Shown here piece by piece: positions 60,463 to 64,000 of a stretch of DNA of 64,000 nucleotides (position 1 is its first letter; every line of letters starts with the position of its first letter). The translations under genes were made by a program, and so were the position numbers. The notes beneath the pieces are model-generated. The model ran no database searches, was not told the origin of the DNA, and worked only from the letters and a program-made list of their open reading frames with translations. Origin of the DNA: a virus; IMG/VR virus record IMGVR_UViG_3300037358_000003, positions 37,773-101,772 of that record; one strand, written 5' to 3'.

Positions 60463-61455
60463 CTATGATGCGTCAGAGTCTGCGTCTACGCTGTCACCAG
60501 ACGTGTCTGTAGTGTCGTCTGAGCCGCTAGAAGTAGTGACGACGGGCAGCATGGCGCACCGACAATTTGGATGAATAGGTGGCATCGCCTCATCGTCGTC
60601 TATGTCGTACTGCGTGTTGCCATCGTCAGACAGATCAAGGCACTCCTGACAGGCGTCGTCCTCGGTCAAGAGGGTATATTTGCCAATGTCAGCAGCCTGG
60701 TACGAATCCTGCGTAGCCATGCTCATCATGCGAGCAGTTTCTGTATTGGCAATCAAATCAGCACGTGAATCACTGCCAACCATGTCAGCAATGTTCGCAC
60801 TCAACGTGTCTACCGAGTCGCCAGACGCAAGCGATTGAGCTATCTGTGACTCAATGCGATCCATGTTCGTTTGCGTGATGCCATCGAACGTGTACTGAAG
60901 TGCAGACATGATGTCTGTCCAGCCACCAAGCTTTGTCAGGTCAGCGGCTTCGGCCCATCCTGGCTCCCATGAGTCCCAATCAACTCCAGCGGTCAAATTC
61001 TCTAGCGTCTTATCAATGCCAGCAGTCGGGATCTGTCCCATGGCGGCATGTACGCCAGCAACGTAACTATCGCCAGCCAATCCACGCAACAAGTTCTGCA
61101 AGTCTTTTGACGTTGCGATGGGTTGATTAGGCATCGCACCTTGAGCCGCTTGCTGCGCTGGCGTCAAGTTTGTACTGTCGCCAGCAGCCTTCTTGGCGGC
61201 ATCGTACTTCTTCTTGGCACGCGCAACGATGGCGGGTAGCTCGGACTTGAGCTGATCCTTGAGTGCGGCTGCAATCTTGTCGCTATAGTACGCGACGATT
61301 TTGTCATGCAAAACGTGGTTCGGGTGTTTGCTCCACGCCGAACCAGACGACGCTTTCGCAGCTTTGACCAATCGCATGATCTCATCTTCGACCATGGCGA
61401 TCTCTTTGTTGATCTCGCTCCGTGCAGCCTCGGTCAACGCATCAACAATCGTCAT
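60463..61455 (-). CDS. MuF-like minor head protein
   Basis: RADLIANTE, C.EC, PPIHPNCRC. Confidence 0.9.
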   Translation of the reverse strand: MTIVDALTEAARSEINKEIAMVEDEIMRLVKAAKASSGSAWSKHPNHVLHDKIVAYYSDKIAAALKDQLKSELPAIVARAKKKYDAAKKAAGDSTNLTPAQQAAQGAMPNQPIATSKDLQNLLRGLAGDSYVAGVHAAMGQIPTAGIDKTLENLTAGVDWDSWEPGWAEAADLTKLGGWTDIMSALQYTFDGITQTNMDRIESQIAQSLASGDSVDTLSANIADMVGSDSRADLIANTETARMMSMATQDSYQAADIGKYTLLTEDDACQECLDLSDDGNTQYDIDDDEAMPPIHPNCRCAMLPVVTTSSGSDDTTDTSGDSVDADSDAS

Positions 61456-62124
61456 GCCATCACCGGCTCAACTCCGTATAATGCTTGGATTGCGTACCAC
61501 TCGTCAAACGAGATAGCGCCGTCACTGAGCATGGCGTCATACGCATCCACTAGTCCAACGGGCTGCAACTTCGGTTCGTAGTCGTCCAGTTGTCGCTGCG
61601 GTTGCGGCTTGCGAATGAATGTGGGAATCGCTCCACCGTGACGCTTGCGACCAGTAACAATCGGCGTAGGAACTGTCGAGTTCGTACCACTCGCAACACA
61701 CGTGAAGTTGACGAAACATTCAGCGTTGCCAGCGAGTACCAGCGTACCAGTAGCGGCGCAAGTGAACGTAACGCTTGCGGATGCATTGCCGGTGAGTGCG
61801 CTAGAGCCTTGTGCGTTGGGGAAACGATTGCGACCCTGGAAGAAGTCGAAGGCGTCAGGTCCGCCGAAGAAGAATGACGGATCAACTCCTGGCATGGATA
61901 CCTACTTAGCTAGGCGATACGGATGCAGTAGACGTGCCACCAATCGGGAAAAACGCATCAAGCGCCGCGTCGCTAGTATTAATCATCAGAGTGCCAGAGG
62001 TGCCATCAGTGACAGCGCCCACAGACGTGATGAATTGCGTAGACCCATCGGGATTAGATGATTGAGATTTTGCTACAGCTTCAAAGTCAATTTCATAGTT
62101 GGTTACAGACACGACACACTGCTT

Positions 62125-63366
62125 TCATGTAGATGCAATGGCCTTTAGTTCAAAACCACCCATTCGCTTCACTTCAATATTCTGAAATCCAGCATCTTCA
62201 AGAACCGATCGGAGCTTGTGGTCCGTGAACATCATCTTGTGGCGATAGTAGATATTGCCAGCGTTAATCGCTTCCTCGTAGCCGTACATCATGTCCTTGA
62301 AGCGAATCGGGCCTGACGGAGATTCATACGCCACATCGTCCAGATTGGCACCAGCGCCGATCTTCTCGGCAACTTCACCGATATCTGGCACACGAATGTC
62401 AATCGTGCCGCCATCCTTCAGCGCCTCTCGCATACATGCCAGCACGGTCGGAACTTCTGTAGCGTCGTAGTGCTCAAGGTTGTGGCTGCAAAAGATCAGG
62501 TCAAAGTCTGCCAAGTCATCCCACGTAGCGGGATCGGTCGCATCGCCAACCACGTCCACGGTGCCATCATCCACGATGTCAAGCAGCGTGTGCTCCCAGT
62601 TGCCGTACTCTGACGGCAGTGGCATCAGCTTTGATCCGCCACCCACGTTGAGCAACCGTCCGCCAGTGTGGCGAGCGCGGGCAACAGAGATGTCCTCCAT
62701 GTCCTTTGGATGCAGCGTCTTAGCCTTCGTGTGGCCGAGCAGCACGCCGCCATGACCCCAGATTGTTGCACCGCACTTACGTGCACGCGTACAAAACGTC
62801 AGGTCTTCGCCTACTCGCGAATCGTTGATGTTGTCGTGACCAAACCACGGCCACGGATCATCAGAGTACACATCACGCATGTGTTCAAGTAGTTCGCGAT
62901 GCATGAGCGTAAAGCCCATACCGCACACCGTTAGTTCCATGATCTCGTTCTGTCGGAACGAATCGACCGGCACGTACTCTTGGTCCTCTCTTTGCGAGAA
63001 CCAGCATGGACGAAGCAGATCGTTGTCACCAAAGTACGTGACGTATGCGCCGCACATGACTTTCGTTGGATCGCAGTCGTCAATCATCTTGTACACGTCT
63101 GGCGGCATGAACGTGATATCCCAGTCGAGCATCAACAGCCAATCGGCATCAGTCTTGTCAAGAAATGCCTGAACCAGCATGCAGCGGCCAGCTGGAATAT
63201 ATCCACCTGCGGCGGTTGTGTAGCCGCCAAATATCTGTCTACCCTGTGCCGGATTAGAGTCGTAGCTAAGAAACGCTATGACTGAATCCACGAAGCCCTG
63301 TTGCAACAATTGCATGCCGCCAAGCGGACTGGGTAACCAACCAAGTGCAACCTTAGATTCGCTCAT
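62125..63366 (-). CDS. glycosyltransferase - SAM methyltransferase fusion
   Basis: WLLMLDWD, GMGFTL, GEDLTFC (GT); LNVGGG, CSHNLEH, LK.GG...VPD (MTase). Confidence 0.85.
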   Translation of the reverse strand: MSESKVALGWLPSPLGGMQLLQQGFVDSVIAFLSYDSNPAQGRQIFGGYTTAAGGYIPAGRCMLVQAFLDKTDADWLLMLDWDITFMPPDVYKMIDDCDPTKVMCGAYVTYFGDNDLLRPCWFSQREDQEYVPVDSFRQNEIMELTVCGMGFTLMHRELLEHMRDVYSDDPWPWFGHDNINDSRVGEDLTFCTRARKCGATIWGHGGVLLGHTKAKTLHPKDMEDISVARARHTGGRLLNVGGGSKLMPLPSEYGNWEHTLLDIVDDGTVDVVGDATDPATWDDLADFDLIFCSHNLEHYDATEVPTVLACMREALKDGGTIDIRVPDIGEVAEKIGAGANLDDVAYESPSGPIRFKDMMYGYEEAINAGNIYYRHKMMFTDHKLRSVLEDAGFQNIEVKRMGGFELKAIAST

Positions 63367-63926
63367 GCCACCTTGTCCGCATTGAACCAGCACCCCGTGA
63401 GAACAGTCAATGATCCGGCCACGCTAGAGATGCTGCCAGTCTGACCGTTGACCATAATGGATACACCGCCCGTTTGCGATGTTGCGGTACCTCCCTGAAT
63501 CACACCAGCCAATCGAACCTGTCCAGTGAATGGTGTGGTGCCAAGAAACCCGTTGACCTGTGCGGACGTAGTGGCTGTTGCTGTCACGTACGCGTTCTTA
63601 AACACCGTAGCGCCAGTCGTATTACCAAATGCACTGTACTCAATAGTTGCACCAGCGGGCACGGCTATGGCCACTCCTGCCGCACTAGAACCTGACGATG
63701 CAAATGCCATATTCAGGACCGCCTCAAACGCGTAGTTGAGGTTTGGCTGCACAATGGGGAACGTCAACCCAGGAATCGCTGTCATCGTCACCGTGTCAAT
63801 CACGGTACTGGCGGTGTTGCGAACGAAGTAAACGTCCTTGCCCGTACCAAGATTGTTGATGATCGACTTCTCTGCTGGCAGCGTGACCGAAGACGAATCA
63901 ACAATCATTGTTTTGTTGCCGGTCAT
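63363..63926 (-). CDS. virion-region hypothetical protein (may extend past the window edge)
   Basis: Beta-rich ORF; the reading frame upstream appears open toward the window end. Confidence 0.6.
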   Translation of the reverse strand: MTGNKTMIVDSSSVTLPAEKSIINNLGTGKDVYFVRNTASTVIDTVTMTAIPGLTFPIVQPNLNYAFEAVLNMAFASSGSSAAGVAIAVPAGATIEYSAFGNTTGATVFKNAYVTATATTSAQVNGFLGTTPFTGQVRLAGVIQGGTATSQTGGVSIMVNGQTGSISSVAGSLTVLTGCWFNADKVA

Positions 63927-64000
63927 GTCATTGCCAGTAACGAAGACCGAACCGTATGTGCCAGCATTGAGTGTCAGTGCGACGGTGTTGACGGAGGCTC

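Noticed and set aside
1-64000. Many overlapping antisense or alternate-frame ORFs in the track
   Set aside because: They are shadows of real genes in GC-rich DNA, with no motifs or SD sequences.
1-64000. tRNA genes, integrase, terminase, portal, inteins
   Set aside because: No cloverleaf/T-loop consensus or diagnostic protein motifs were seen by eye; these may lie outside the window.

Overview
The window is part of a large tailed-phage (siphovirus-like) genome, most likely infecting an actinobacterium; the ferredoxin and Pup-like sequences hint at Acidimicrobiia. 1-17.7 kb is a + strand accessory/early region of about 60 short, tightly overlapping ORFs (two DNA methyltransferases, two SLOG proteins, DUF433, an Rpf-like transglycosylase). 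It is driven by TTGACA-N17-CATAAT-type promoters that mostly produce leaderless mRNAs. 17.7-64 kb is a - strand virion/lysis region (MuF, XkdF-like protease, scaffold, major capsid, glycosylation cluster, tail tube, chaperone, tape measure, minor tails) carrying many homing-type nucleases. Terminase and portal were not identified here. Highlights: (1) about 17 copies of a 26-bp imperfect palindrome TGTCTGAAW-N8-WTTCAGACA at gene junctions of the accessory region, resembling recombinase sites bounding a gene-cassette array; (2) a major capsid gene split by four group I introns, including a 19-nt exon; (3) an unannotated 48-aa Pup-like protein ending in GGE; (4) the same hairpin-loop/SD pseudoknot upstream of six unrelated nuclease genes; (5) a roughly 230-nt structured RNA with its own promoter; (6) a stand-alone paralog of the frameshift-only tail chaperone domain. 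All calls come from reading the sequence by eye; no searches were run.
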